From: an uncultured archaeon
Lineage (GTDB): Archaea > Asgardarchaeota > Thorarchaeia > Thorarchaeales > CAZPUN01
Length of the DNA: 32,000 bases
Assembly: GCA_964589775.1 (NCBI GenBank)
Contig: CAZPUN010000059.1
Coordinates: 25,474 to 57,473, forward strand
Reading direction: 5' to 3'
Made by a program: the position numbers and the translations under genes. Below, in pieces: positions 9,235 through 18,698 of this stretch; position 1 is the first letter of the stretch; each line of letters starts with the position of its first letter. The notes below the pieces were generated by a model, which was not told the DNA's origin, ran no database searches, and was given only the letters and a program-made list of their open reading frames with translations.

Positions 9235-10368
9235 ATGACAATGATCGTTAATCCAAAAGGCTTGTTTGACCCATATTACGTTCCTACGAGACTATTATAT
9301 AGAGACCAAGAACTTGGATTCTTAGAGCAAACATATTATGAAGGTTTTGAAGACCAATATGGCATTACAGTGCTTGTCAAAGGAATGAGTGGAATAGGAC
9401 GAACCGTTCTATCGCGATATTTCATAACGCGAGTAATTCCGGAAAAGTTTGACGCTGCAACAATTTATGTAGATGCCGCGTACAAATCAGAACTTGAAAT
9501 AGTATCATCATTAAACGAGAAATTATCTCGAATTGCAAATGAACCATTTACCATTACATTTGATCTTGCATCTTTGTGGACTAACTTTCAACACAAGATG
9601 AATTTAATTGGCTCAGGAACTGTATTAGTAATTGACAATTTAAGCACGAATTCAGAGAGACTGTATCAGAAAATAGCAAGACTCTCAAAGGAGTTGAATA
9701 CCACAACAATTGGAATCCTATCGAGTTTTGATTATCGGGCACTAGTTCGAGGAAATGCACGGAAAATAAGCTCGGACTTTGAATTAAGCCTTGAAAATTA
9801 TACACAGAGTCAATTAATAGATATTCTAAAAGCTAGAGTTAGTGAAACATTTCCAACACCACTTAGACCAGAAATAATTAGTTACATTACAGATATTGTA
9901 TTCGAGTTCGATGTTGGGAAACCCGCAACATCAATAGACGCATTAAAGAGTCTGTGGCCAATGACACAAAAAGGTTTAGAAATCACAGCTGAAGCAATCA
10001 GAAAAGCCACAACTTCAGTTATAGGAACTGATTGGGATGAATCTTTATTTGACATTGTAGAGTTTTTGAGTGTTTCAGACTTTACAACAATTTTAGTATT
10101 AGATGTGATTTGTGAATATTTTATAAACAATCCACATGAGCCATATATTTCGTATGATCAGATACATGATTTATCAATTGTGAAATTTGAGGAAATGGGG
10201 CTTGAATATAGTACACCTGTTGTAAACAAAGCAATACAAATTTTGCTTGTACAATCCATCTTATTTGAATCAAATGCTGAAGAAAATATGTATTATATAG
10301 TGGCAGCACCAGAGTTCATTAAGGATAATATTGATTCTATAAAAGAAGACATATACAGCAAAATGTAA
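9235..10368 (+). CDS. divergent Orc1/Cdc6-like AAA+ protein with degenerate Walker motifs
   Basis: LFDPYYVPTRLLYRDQEL N-terminal motif, GMSGIGRT (Walker A), LVIDN (Walker B), NYTQSQLIDILKARV, and a winged-helix-sized C-terminus. Confidence 0.8.
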   Translation: MTMIVNPKGLFDPYYVPTRLLYRDQELGFLEQTYYEGFEDQYGITVLVKGMSGIGRTVLSRYFITRVIPEKFDAATIYVDAAYKSELEIVSSLNEKLSRIANEPFTITFDLASLWTNFQHKMNLIGSGTVLVIDNLSTNSERLYQKIARLSKELNTTTIGILSSFDYRALVRGNARKISSDFELSLENYTQSQLIDILKARVSETFPTPLRPEIISYITDIVFEFDVGKPATSIDALKSLWPMTQKGLEITAEAIRKATTSVIGTDWDESLFDIVEFLSVSDFTTILVLDVICEYFINNPHEPYISYDQIHDLSIVKFEEMGLEYSTPVVNKAIQILLVQSILFESNAEENMYYIVAAPEFIKDNIDSIKEDIYSKM

Positions 10369-10406
10369 GAGGGACTAAGCTATTGATGAATGGCTTTAGT
10401 CCTTCT
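10368..10406. terminator. long stem-loop directly after the cdc6-like stop codon
   Basis: agagggactaagctatt-gatg-aatggctttagtccttct forms an approximately 17 bp stem with G-U pairs and one bulge. Confidence 0.6.
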
Positions 10407-10532
10407 CATAGCTAATCTATTGATTCGCTGTTGAATTATGCGTTCATGTATATATTGGTCGATAACTACGCGACCATGCTTGCGAGCTGGATTTATAGTA
10501 TCAGCTCTTGAAATTCTAATTTTTCTTGCCAT
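10380..10532 (-). CDS. small basic protein, 50 aa (MARKIRISRADTINPARKHGRVVIDQYIHERIIQQRINRLAMRRTKAIHQ), not in the ORF track
   Basis: Hand translation from ATG 10532 to TAG 10380. GGTGAT SD just upstream. Fills an otherwise empty gap. Confidence 0.65.
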   Translation of the reverse strand: MARKIRISRADTINPARKHGRVVIDQYIHERIIQQRINRLAMRRTKAIHQ

Positions 10533-10618
10533 TTTATATCACCTATAAAAAATGTATTACGTTTTAAAACAAATCCAAAAGAAAACAAAGAGAGGATAAC
10601 TACTCCAATAAGGGATGT

Positions 10619-10807
10619 TTATCTTAGTCCCATCCAGGGCTTGAAGTAGACATCCACTCTAAATGCTTCTGCTGGATAAAGCTTTTCTGGAATTTCGCCA
10701 CGAACATATGGCTTTTCAATTTCTTCTGCCTTTGCAGCCTTGGAAGTTTTTCCTCTTCGGAAGATCTTGCTTATGGTTGTTGATACAACTTCAATGCTTA
10801 ATGACAT
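10619..10807 (-). CDS. small hypothetical protein, 62 aa (MSLSIEVV...KPWMGLR)
   Basis: Strong GGAGGTG SD at 10814-10820 ahead of ATG 10807. A hairpin and T-rich tract lie downstream. Confidence 0.7.
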   Translation of the reverse strand: MSLSIEVVSTTISKIFRRGKTSKAAKAEEIEKPYVRGEIPEKLYPAEAFRVDVYFKPWMGLR

Positions 10808-10948
10808 TTTCAGCACCTCCATTTCTGGAACGATTTATTTCAAGTATACCTATTTTAGATTCATTTATAAAATCGACACACCTTTTAGAATCTCGATAAA
10901 GAGACACAAATTGTTACTAGCCAAATATAAAGGAGAATTGAGACAAAA

Positions 10949-11551
10949 GTGACACATAAATTTGACAATTTATCAACATGGGATAAAATAGCTCATGATT
11001 ATAAAAGGACATCATTCTTTGGGAGGCGCTTATTTAAAGGCGAAAAAGAAAGACTATATTCAATAATTGATTCGCCAACAACTCTAATAGATATAGGATG
11101 CGGTACTGGCAGACACCTCAAATTCTTAAAGCATGTACAATATATAGTTGGACTGGATTTTTCATATAATATGTTATACAACATACCCACAACTGTAAAG
11201 GAATATACAAGCTTAGTTCAAGCAAATGCAAAAAGCATACCATTTCCAGACAAATTTTTTGATATTGCAATAATGCTTGGAAATGCCTTAGGAAATGTTA
11301 GAAAGCATGATAGAAAAAGGGCAATGAATGAAGCCATACGCGTATCAAAGAAAGCAATTTTTGAATTACGAATTTCAAAAGATGCAAAAGATGAATTAAG
11401 ACAATGGAAAAATGATCCAAATAAAAAATATATGAGCCATACGTGGACAATAGAGGAGATTAAGGAGTTTTTTATAAATCATCAGTTCGATATAGTACAA
11501 AGCACTACGATGAAAAACTTGAAGATGATGTATGTAATAGTTCACAATTGA
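10949..11551 (+). CDS. class I SAM-dependent methyltransferase
   Basis: LIDIGCGTG motif I, VGLDFS and IPFPDKFFDI. Confidence 0.9.
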   Translation: MTHKFDNLSTWDKIAHDYKRTSFFGRRLFKGEKERLYSIIDSPTTLIDIGCGTGRHLKFLKHVQYIVGLDFSYNMLYNIPTTVKEYTSLVQANAKSIPFPDKFFDIAIMLGNALGNVRKHDRKRAMNEAIRVSKKAIFELRISKDAKDELRQWKNDPNKKYMSHTWTIEEIKEFFINHQFDIVQSTTMKNLKMMYVIVHN

Positions 11552-11597
11552 TAATATATTTAACAAAAAACCATATCGTATAAATGAGGCATTAGAT

Positions 11598-11897
11598 ATG
11601 AAAAAGAAAGAGAAGAATCCAGTAAAAATAACTAGAGATCATGAAATAACAGTTAAAGTGTGCCCACGATGTAAATCAACGCGGGTTAGACAGGTAAAAT
11701 CAACAATTTCCGGTTGGCTAGCCCCCGCACTATATGTTTGCGAAGATTGTGGATTTCAGAGTTATACATTTGTAGAAATTCCACTTGACGAATTGGACGC
11801 ATTTAGACGAGCTGTAGAAGAAAATGAAGAGAATAATTCTGAAGAATATGATGAAAAAGACAAAAAAATCATAGAAGACTTATTAAGTGATGATTAA
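11598..11897 (+). CDS. small zinc-ribbon protein with acidic tail
   Basis: CPRC ... CEDC pairs and a Glu/Asp-rich C-terminus. Confidence 0.75.
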   Translation: MKKKEKNPVKITRDHEITVKVCPRCKSTRVRQVKSTISGWLAPALYVCEDCGFQSYTFVEIPLDELDAFRRAVEENEENNSEEYDEKDKKIIEDLLSDD

Positions 11898-12889
11898 TGA
11901 AATTTGAAAAGGAATATTGGGATGAGTTAGGCAATCTATTTAGACGAAAGGCAATAAATAGAAAAACCTCACAAAATAAACTAGAAACAATTTATTCATT
12001 ACACAGCACCAATAAAATAGATATAAACAATATTAGCGTTGAAGATTTAATTGCATTATTAGAGCTGATTTTAGAAGGAAAAATTACAGAAACAAGTACA
12101 ATAATTGAAGCTGCGAAGAGATTTTCAGATGATATAGATATACAATATTTAATTGCAGCAATACTATTCATGAAAGGTAAAAATGAAATAGCGTTATCGA
12201 GTATCAATAAACTATTAGGACAATTAGAGAATATTGAAGCTTTGAATTTGAAAGCTATGATATTATGGAAAAATAGACAGATTGGGGAGTTAGAGTATAT
12301 ATTAAATAAGGCACTGCTTTTAGACCCAGATAACATAGAAATTTTATTTAACAAGGGACTTTTTTCACTTGAAATCGAAGATTACGTTAATGCCGCAAAT
12401 TCATTTAAGCGAATATTAGAGATTAACCCAGATCATGCACCAACACTCCTAAGAATGGCAAATGTAATAATGCAATCGCAAAGAGTCGATAATGTTAATT
12501 ATGACGCAGCAATCAAGCTTTTAAAGCGAGCATTAGACTTGTCTCCAGACATTCCAGAAATTTTAGAAACATTGGGTATTGCTTTATTTAATTTAGGAAA
12601 TATCACAGAAGCCGAGAAATATTTTCAAAAGTTAATAAAAACCCAAAAAGAAGAAGCTGCATGGTATTATTTGGGCTTAGCAGCTTTTTCAAGAGGTAAT
12701 ACAGAGCAAGCAATGGCATTGTTCTCCCAAGCTCTGAAAATCAATCCGACAAATCCGGATCTATGGTATTATCATGGATTAGCTGCAATGTATTCAAACA
12801 AACCAGAAGAAGCAAAATCCAGTTTACAAAAGGCAATAGACTTAGACCCATCATTAATTGAAGCACGCGATTTTTTGAAAATGCTATAA
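11897..12889 (+). CDS. tetratricopeptide repeat protein
   Basis: Repeated 34-aa units (ALLLDPDN, ILEINPDH, ALDLSPD, ALKINPTN, AIDLDPS). Coupled to the upstream gene by a TAATG overlap. Confidence 0.9.
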   Translation: MKFEKEYWDELGNLFRRKAINRKTSQNKLETIYSLHSTNKIDINNISVEDLIALLELILEGKITETSTIIEAAKRFSDDIDIQYLIAAILFMKGKNEIALSSINKLLGQLENIEALNLKAMILWKNRQIGELEYILNKALLLDPDNIEILFNKGLFSLEIEDYVNAANSFKRILEINPDHAPTLLRMANVIMQSQRVDNVNYDAAIKLLKRALDLSPDIPEILETLGIALFNLGNITEAEKYFQKLIKTQKEEAAWYYLGLAAFSRGNTEQAMALFSQALKINPTNPDLWYYHGLAAMYSNKPEEAKSSLQKAIDLDPSLIEARDFLKML

Positions 12890-12998
12890 AAATTTTCGTC
12901 AAATCAAAATCTCTAAAAGGCACAAAAATACTATGCCTCTTGTTTTTTAATACAGTTTCAAGTCAGATACGCGAAAACCAAGTAATTTGGTGAAAAAT

Positions 12999-14216
12999 AT
13001 GACAGAATACTCTGAAAGAATTGTTAGGATCAAACCATCGATTATTAGAAATTTAGATGAACTTTTGAGAACGCGGCCTGACGCTGTTAATTTATCCATC
13101 GGGCAAAATTATCTTGCTGAAATTCCACCTGTGATTAATGAAGCCATTGCAAATATGAAGAAACCATGGTTATACAATCCGACCGCGGGCCCTAGAGATG
13201 TCTTAGAACATGTTGCAGATCATATGAACGAGCAATACAAAGCGGGATTGGCAGCAGAAGATATTATTCTAACAGATGGAGGGTTTGGAGGGCTAAGAAC
13301 TTCAATTCAAGTATTATTATCAAAAAACTCACACTTTATTGTAGATTCGCCAACATTTGCATATCCTGTCGAAGCTGCAAGATTACTAAATGACTTCCCA
13401 TATACAAATGTTCATTGGTTGCACGGGTTACATGATAAACTAAAGCCGGATGTAGATGATCTACAAAGAATTGTTGAATATATCCGAGCACAAAATTGTA
13501 AGGGCAATATAGTATATTATACACAATTAATGTTCAATCCGCAAGCAAAAGGTAGAACAGAGGCAGAAGTTAGAAAATTAGTAGAATATGCAGAATCTGA
13601 AGGCATTATTTTAATTTTAGATAATGTTTATCGGGATCTATGGCGAAATGAGCCCCGCCCATTCCTTGCAAGTACATTCTCAGATACAGGAAAAGGAATC
13701 ATAGATATTGAAGCATTATCTAAGAATTTAGGAACTATGGGTATTAGAGTTGGTGCAATGATATCAAAGGATAAAGAATTCATGAAGTATGCAAAGAAAG
13801 CATACCAGTTTACAGCAGTATGTCCTAATTCGACAGCAGTTACAATTTGGGATACACTCGCAACAAAATATTCAGAAGTCAAACCATATATTGAAATCAC
13901 TCGCAAGCGCATAATGGAGAATATTGATGCGGTTTCAAATATTTTGCGAGGCGTCCCGGGAATAAAATTTGAAGAACCAGATGGCGCAATATATCATTTC
14001 TTCAATTTTGAAGACATAATTGATTCACACTTTAGCAATTCAATAGAACTAAGTGAAGCATTAATAAAAGAAGTCGGAGTCGGATTAGTCCCAGGTGTTG
14101 CTTTTACAGAACCTCATGATCCAATTGGGCTAACATACCTCAGACTTAATGCCGCACACAAGGACGCAGTAGAAGGTGCAAAACGACTTAGGACCTTCTT
14201 AGAAAATCTAAAATAA
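12999..14216 (+). CDS. PLP-dependent aminotransferase class I/II
   Basis: NLSIGQ, FNPQ, LDNVY, LSKN..(G)IRVG PLP-lysine motif, PDGAIY and VPGVAF. GGTGA SD at 12989-12993 favours ATG 12999. Confidence 0.9.
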   Translation: MTEYSERIVRIKPSIIRNLDELLRTRPDAVNLSIGQNYLAEIPPVINEAIANMKKPWLYNPTAGPRDVLEHVADHMNEQYKAGLAAEDIILTDGGFGGLRTSIQVLLSKNSHFIVDSPTFAYPVEAARLLNDFPYTNVHWLHGLHDKLKPDVDDLQRIVEYIRAQNCKGNIVYYTQLMFNPQAKGRTEAEVRKLVEYAESEGIILILDNVYRDLWRNEPRPFLASTFSDTGKGIIDIEALSKNLGTMGIRVGAMISKDKEFMKYAKKAYQFTAVCPNSTAVTIWDTLATKYSEVKPYIEITRKRIMENIDAVSNILRGVPGIKFEEPDGAIYHFFNFEDIIDSHFSNSIELSEALIKEVGVGLVPGVAFTEPHDPIGLTYLRLNAAHKDAVEGAKRLRTFLENLK

Positions 14217-14243
14217 GGAGAGATTTTATTCTTAACTCTCCTT
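14215..14243. terminator. inverted repeat at convergent gene ends
   Basis: aaggagag (14215-14222) pairs with ctctcctt (14236-14243). Confidence 0.45.
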
Positions 14244-15470
14244 TTCTTCGTATTTTCTGAAAAAGCTATAGAATGTAGATATTGACAATACATACAAAAT
14301 TGAAGCGATAAAGAATTGTTCGCGATACATATTTTGTGACATCATCCAACCACCAATAGTAGCAGCGATGCCACGCACTAATGAATCACCGGAATTTACG
14401 ATGCCATTTGCCATTTCTCGTTCTTCACGATTTATCGTTTCCATAAAGAATGATGTACTCACTGGATGTACCATATTCATTAGAGTTGCACGTGAAACGA
14501 AGAATATTGCAGCAATTTGGATCGTGGGAGCAAGACCAAGACCAATCATCATTGGGATGGAAAGAGCTTGAGAATAGACAATCGTATGTATTTTTCCAAT
14601 CCGCTTGCTAATTATGGGAGCCAATAAGAATCCTATTGTAAGAAACAGAGTGTTTGCTGAAAACAGCATACCAATAACGTAAGTTTCAGCTGCAAAGACA
14701 TCTTTAAACCATACATTCATGAATCGGACGAATAGCCCTGCACCAAGTCCCACTAGCCAAACAGGAATGCCATATTTTATAATAAAACCCTTATGTGTAA
14801 TGTTTTTGAAAGTGAATTGTTCAAATAATGATTCCTTATTTACTGCAGGCTGGATTCTTCGTAATCGTGAGAGTGGTATTAACGCAGAAAAGATAAATAT
14901 TTGCGAAAACAATAAGGTAGCTTGATATGCTTGCCAAGAATTTGGAGGAATTAGTAAAATATTTCCAAAAAAGTACGGCATAAATCCGCCGAGAAGATTC
15001 CCCACAAATACAGCACCGACAGATGCAGCTCTAATGTAACTAAATACATGATCTCGATTTTCTTTTACAGATACTTCAGTTATATATGGCGATGAGGCAA
15101 CCCCGGCAAAGGATGAAGATATTCCAATAATCAAGTTTCCACTAAACAACACGACAGGTATAGGAAACATATATTGAAGAAACAAAGAAATTGCATTTAT
15201 TGAACTTGAAGATATAATAATAGTTTTTGCAGAAAATCTTGAAGCAATACCACCGGCAATTAACGCAATAAATGCCATAGCAAAAGTTGATGTTGAAAGG
15301 TAAAGCCCTAACATATCCTTAGTATAACCTAACGCAATGAAAAACAAATTGAAAACAACTGATGCCATTCCGCTACCAAAGCTACCGATCATACGACCTA
15401 TTGTAAAAAGTTTAACATCACGAGAGAAGTTCTTGACAATATCTACTTGCTCTGCAATTATTCCCACCAA
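14232..15470 (-). CDS. MFS transporter
   Basis: About 12 TM in two halves. Motif-A-like GGIASRFSAK and APIISKRIGK loops. Confidence 0.9.
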   Translation of the reverse strand: MVGIIAEQVDIVKNFSRDVKLFTIGRMIGSFGSGMASVVFNLFFIALGYTKDMLGLYLSTSTFAMAFIALIAGGIASRFSAKTIIISSSSINAISLFLQYMFPIPVVLFSGNLIIGISSSFAGVASSPYITEVSVKENRDHVFSYIRAASVGAVFVGNLLGGFMPYFFGNILLIPPNSWQAYQATLLFSQIFIFSALIPLSRLRRIQPAVNKESLFEQFTFKNITHKGFIIKYGIPVWLVGLGAGLFVRFMNVWFKDVFAAETYVIGMLFSANTLFLTIGFLLAPIISKRIGKIHTIVYSQALSIPMMIGLGLAPTIQIAAIFFVSRATLMNMVHPVSTSFFMETINREEREMANGIVNSGDSLVRGIAATIGGWMMSQNMYREQFFIASILYVLSISTFYSFFRKYEEKES

Positions 15471-15612
15471 CAGTCACCTGCGATAGTCCGTGATTTTTAA
15501 AAGGTTTTTGAAATTTAATCTTTGCTCATTTAGGCAATTTTGCCGCAAAATAAAATGGAAATCTTTATACATTTTAATAATAAAATCATTTTTATCAAGT
15601 GGGGTGCAATTT

Positions 15613-17073
15613 ATGTTTTTGAAAGACCTACCCGACACTGCAGATATTGTAATTATAGGCGGAGGCGTTATAGGATGCTCAATAGCTCGAGAATTATCAC
15701 GATACAAATTGAATATAGTACTATTAGAGAAAAACCCGGATATTGCGTGGGGTACAACAAAAGCAAATCTAGGAATGGTCCATGCATTCGTTACACCAAT
15801 TAAATCACTAAAGGGCAAATTATGTTTAAAAGGAAATGAAATGTTTGACGAACTTTCTAAACAACTGGATGTTGAGTTTAATCGTCCGGGGCTAATTCTC
15901 GTAGCATTAACACATAGACAAAATCTAATGAGGTTTGTCGTGTATATCTGGGCAAAAAAGAATAAAATCCCCGTAAAGTGGATTAGCAGAAAATGGCTAT
16001 TGAAAGAAGAACCAAATATCAATAGGCATGTAAAAGGAGGTCTACTGTTTCCGACAGCTGGTATTATATCGCCTTATGAATTTACGATTGCACTCGCAGA
16101 AAATGCGATTGAAAATGGTGTAAAAATATATCTAGACACAGAAGTGAAAAATATAAATAAGGATCAAGGTGGTTTAGAAGTAGAAACAAATCGTGGAAAA
16201 ATTAAAACAAAATATGTAATAAATGCTGCAGGAGTCTATGCAGATAAAATAGCAAATATGGTAGGCATTGATAATTTTAAAATATATCCAAGAAGCGGAA
16301 CAATGCTCATTTTTGATAAACAATTAAAAGGCCACTATAAACATATTTACTCATTAATTCCAGCAAAAGTAGATCCTAGAACAAAAGGTGGTGGTGCTGC
16401 TTTTACAACTGAAGGAAATCTAATATGGGGACCAAATCTAAGAGAAATAAATGACAAAGAGGACAGATCTGTAACTCGTGAAGATATTGAACTTGTTTTT
16501 AAAAAATTTAGCCAGATATTTCCATCAGTTAGGAAAAAGGACATCATCAGATTTTTTGCAGGAATTAGAGCTGCCGCAAATGGAGGAGATTTTATAATTG
16601 GAACTACAAAAGTTAAAGGATTCATAAATGTAGCAGGAATTCAATCTCCGGGACTTACAGCTTCTCCGGCAATAGCTAAGATGATTGTAGAGATTTTAAA
16701 GCGCGATGGCTTAGAAATGCCTGAGAAAAGATTTATACCAACAAGAAAAAGAATTACAAGATTTGCAGAAGCAACTATAGAAGAAAAATCAAGATTAATT
16801 GAGATGAATCCAAAATATGGACACATAATTTGTAGATGTGAATACGTATCAGAAGCTGAGATTATAGAAGCCATAAAAAGAGGCGCAACAACAATAGACG
16901 GGATAAAATTTAGAACGCGAGCAGGAATGGGACGATGCCAGGGCGGATTCTGCACTACACGAATTATTGAGATTCTATCACGTGAATTAAAAATGGATCC
17001 TTTGAATATCAGAAAAAATAGTAAAGAGTCGTATGTGTTATGCTGCGAAACAAAATCCTTAAGGAGGAATTAA
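15613..17073 (+). CDS. FAD-dependent oxidoreductase, GlpA/LhgO-like, with C-terminal BFD-like [2Fe-2S] domain (probable glycerol-3-phosphate dehydrogenase subunit)
   Basis: IIGGGVIG, GTTKAN.G.VH, GIQSPGLTASPAIA and ICRCE...RAGMGRCQGGFC. GGGGTG SD before ATG 15613. Confidence 0.85.
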   Translation: MFLKDLPDTADIVIIGGGVIGCSIARELSRYKLNIVLLEKNPDIAWGTTKANLGMVHAFVTPIKSLKGKLCLKGNEMFDELSKQLDVEFNRPGLILVALTHRQNLMRFVVYIWAKKNKIPVKWISRKWLLKEEPNINRHVKGGLLFPTAGIISPYEFTIALAENAIENGVKIYLDTEVKNINKDQGGLEVETNRGKIKTKYVINAAGVYADKIANMVGIDNFKIYPRSGTMLIFDKQLKGHYKHIYSLIPAKVDPRTKGGGAAFTTEGNLIWGPNLREINDKEDRSVTREDIELVFKKFSQIFPSVRKKDIIRFFAGIRAAANGGDFIIGTTKVKGFINVAGIQSPGLTASPAIAKMIVEILKRDGLEMPEKRFIPTRKRITRFAEATIEEKSRLIEMNPKYGHIICRCEYVSEAEIIEAIKRGATTIDGIKFRTRAGMGRCQGGFCTTRIIEILSRELKMDPLNIRKNSKESYVLCCETKSLRRN

Positions 17074-17074
17074 A

Positions 17075-18319
17075 GTGAAAACGCGAACAATCGATTTAGC
17101 GATAATCGGAGGGGGACCAGCAGGACTCGCAGCAGCCGTTAGAGCCTATGAACTTGGATTACGGGACATTATCGTTTTTGAACGCGATAACAGGCTTGGC
17201 GGAATTCTACCACAATGCATACATAATGGCTTTGGGCTTCATTATTTTGGTGAAGAACTGACCGGCCCAGAATTCGTTTTCAGATTTATTGATAAAATAA
17301 AGAAATACAATATAGAAACACAACTAAATACAATGGTTATTGAAGTTAATAAAAATCGTGAATTGATTACAGTTAATGCGTATGAAGGCATTGTCAAATA
17401 CAAATCGAAAGCAATAATCTTTGCTGTAGGTTGTCGAGAACGAACACGAAGTGCAATACAAATTCCAGGAAGCAGACCCGCAGGAATATATACCGCAGGA
17501 ACCGCACAACGAATGATCAATATTGAAGGATACTTGCCGGGAAAAGAGATAGTCATACTTGGCTCGGGAGATGTAGGACTGATTATGGCAAGAAGATTTA
17601 CATTAGAGGGCGCAAAAGTAAAGGCAGTTTTAGAAATCATGAAGTACCCAGGAGGACTTGCACGAAATGTATCCCAATGCTTAGAAGATTTTGATATTCC
17701 TCTTCTTTTGCAGCACACCATTGTTAATATAGAAGGAAAAGATCGTGTAAAAAGTGTCACAATTGCCAAGGTAGATGATTCATGGAATCCAATACCAAAC
17801 ACGGAACAAAAAATTTCATGCGATACGGTAATATTATCTGTAGGACTAATTCCCGAAAACGAGCTTGCATCTCAAGCAAATGTGGAGATTAATCATGCTA
17901 CAGGCGGCGCATTTGTAAATGAATGGATGGAAACAAACGCACCGGGCATATTTGAATGTGGAAACGCGTTAGCAGTCTTTGATCTCGTGGATTATGTTGT
18001 TCAAAATGCAGAAAGAGCAGCAGAAGGAGCCTATAAATACATACACAATGAAATTCCATCCCAAAAAATCAAAGTCACACACGACGAAACAATACGTTTT
18101 GTAATACCGAATAGAGTCAGTGGAAACCATAGTAATAGATTTTATTTACGGGTTACAAAACCAATGGAGAATGTAATTTTAGAAATCCCAGAAATATCAT
18201 TGAAAGTAAGATATGAACATGTAACACCATCGGAGATGATAAGCATCAAACTACGGGATAGAATAATACAACGAACCGAAAATAAGCTAACGTTCAAAAT
18301 TATTAAGCAGGAGGAGTAA
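17075..18319 (+). CDS. FAD/NAD(P)-dependent pyridine nucleotide-disulfide oxidoreductase (GlpA-associated)
   Basis: IIGGGPAGLAAA, GGILPQCIHNGFG, GCRER, ILGSGDVGLIMARR and CGN. Confidence 0.9.
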   Translation: MKTRTIDLAIIGGGPAGLAAAVRAYELGLRDIIVFERDNRLGGILPQCIHNGFGLHYFGEELTGPEFVFRFIDKIKKYNIETQLNTMVIEVNKNRELITVNAYEGIVKYKSKAIIFAVGCRERTRSAIQIPGSRPAGIYTAGTAQRMINIEGYLPGKEIVILGSGDVGLIMARRFTLEGAKVKAVLEIMKYPGGLARNVSQCLEDFDIPLLLQHTIVNIEGKDRVKSVTIAKVDDSWNPIPNTEQKISCDTVILSVGLIPENELASQANVEINHATGGAFVNEWMETNAPGIFECGNALAVFDLVDYVVQNAERAAEGAYKYIHNEIPSQKIKVTHDETIRFVIPNRVSGNHSNRFYLRVTKPMENVILEIPEISLKVRYEHVTPSEMISIKLRDRIIQRTENKLTFKIIKQEE

Positions 18320-18323
18320 TAAA

Positions 18324-18686
18324 ATGAAGAAAAAGTCTTTCAATTGTATTTTATGCCCTCTAAGCTGCAGAATTAAAGTTATATTGGACAATAACACAAT
18401 CAAGAGCATCAAAGGGTATAAATGTCCCCGTGGAAAAGAGTACATCATTCAAGAGATTACAAATCCAGTACGTATTTTAACCACAACTATTAGATTAGTA
18501 GATAGCAAACAAAAGCTCGTGTCTGTAAAGACGGATAAACCAATACCCAAGAATCTATTATTAGATGCCATGAATTATTTGGCACAAATAGAAGTTCGAC
18601 CCCCTATAGAAATCGGACAAATATTGGTTGAAAATTTACTGGATACAGGTGCAAACATCATTGCTACAACAAAAATAGAGAGATGA
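18324..18686 (+). CDS. DUF1667-family small Cys-rich (4Fe-4S/metal-binding) protein
   Basis: CILCPLSC...CPRG, P.RILTTT and VSVKTDKPIPK. Third gene of the conserved trio. Confidence 0.85.
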   Translation: MKKKSFNCILCPLSCRIKVILDNNTIKSIKGYKCPRGKEYIIQEITNPVRILTTTIRLVDSKQKLVSVKTDKPIPKNLLLDAMNYLAQIEVRPPIEIGQILVENLLDTGANIIATTKIER

Positions 18687-18698
18687 AAGATTTTTGCT

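Noticed and set aside
10816-10831. GTTCCAGAAATGGAGG on the minus strand, loosely resembling an ORB origin box near the cdc6-like gene
   Set aside because: It is a single imperfect copy and is largely explained by the SD site of the 62-aa ORF.
10380-12889. Small peptides + methyltransferase + TPR read as a RiPP cluster
   Set aside because: There is no radical SAM, YcaO, lanthipeptide enzyme, peptidase or exporter, and the peptides lack leader/core features.
12918-12948. aggca...tgcct hairpin after the TPR gene
   Set aside because: It is only a 5-bp stem with a large loop, too weak to list as a feature.
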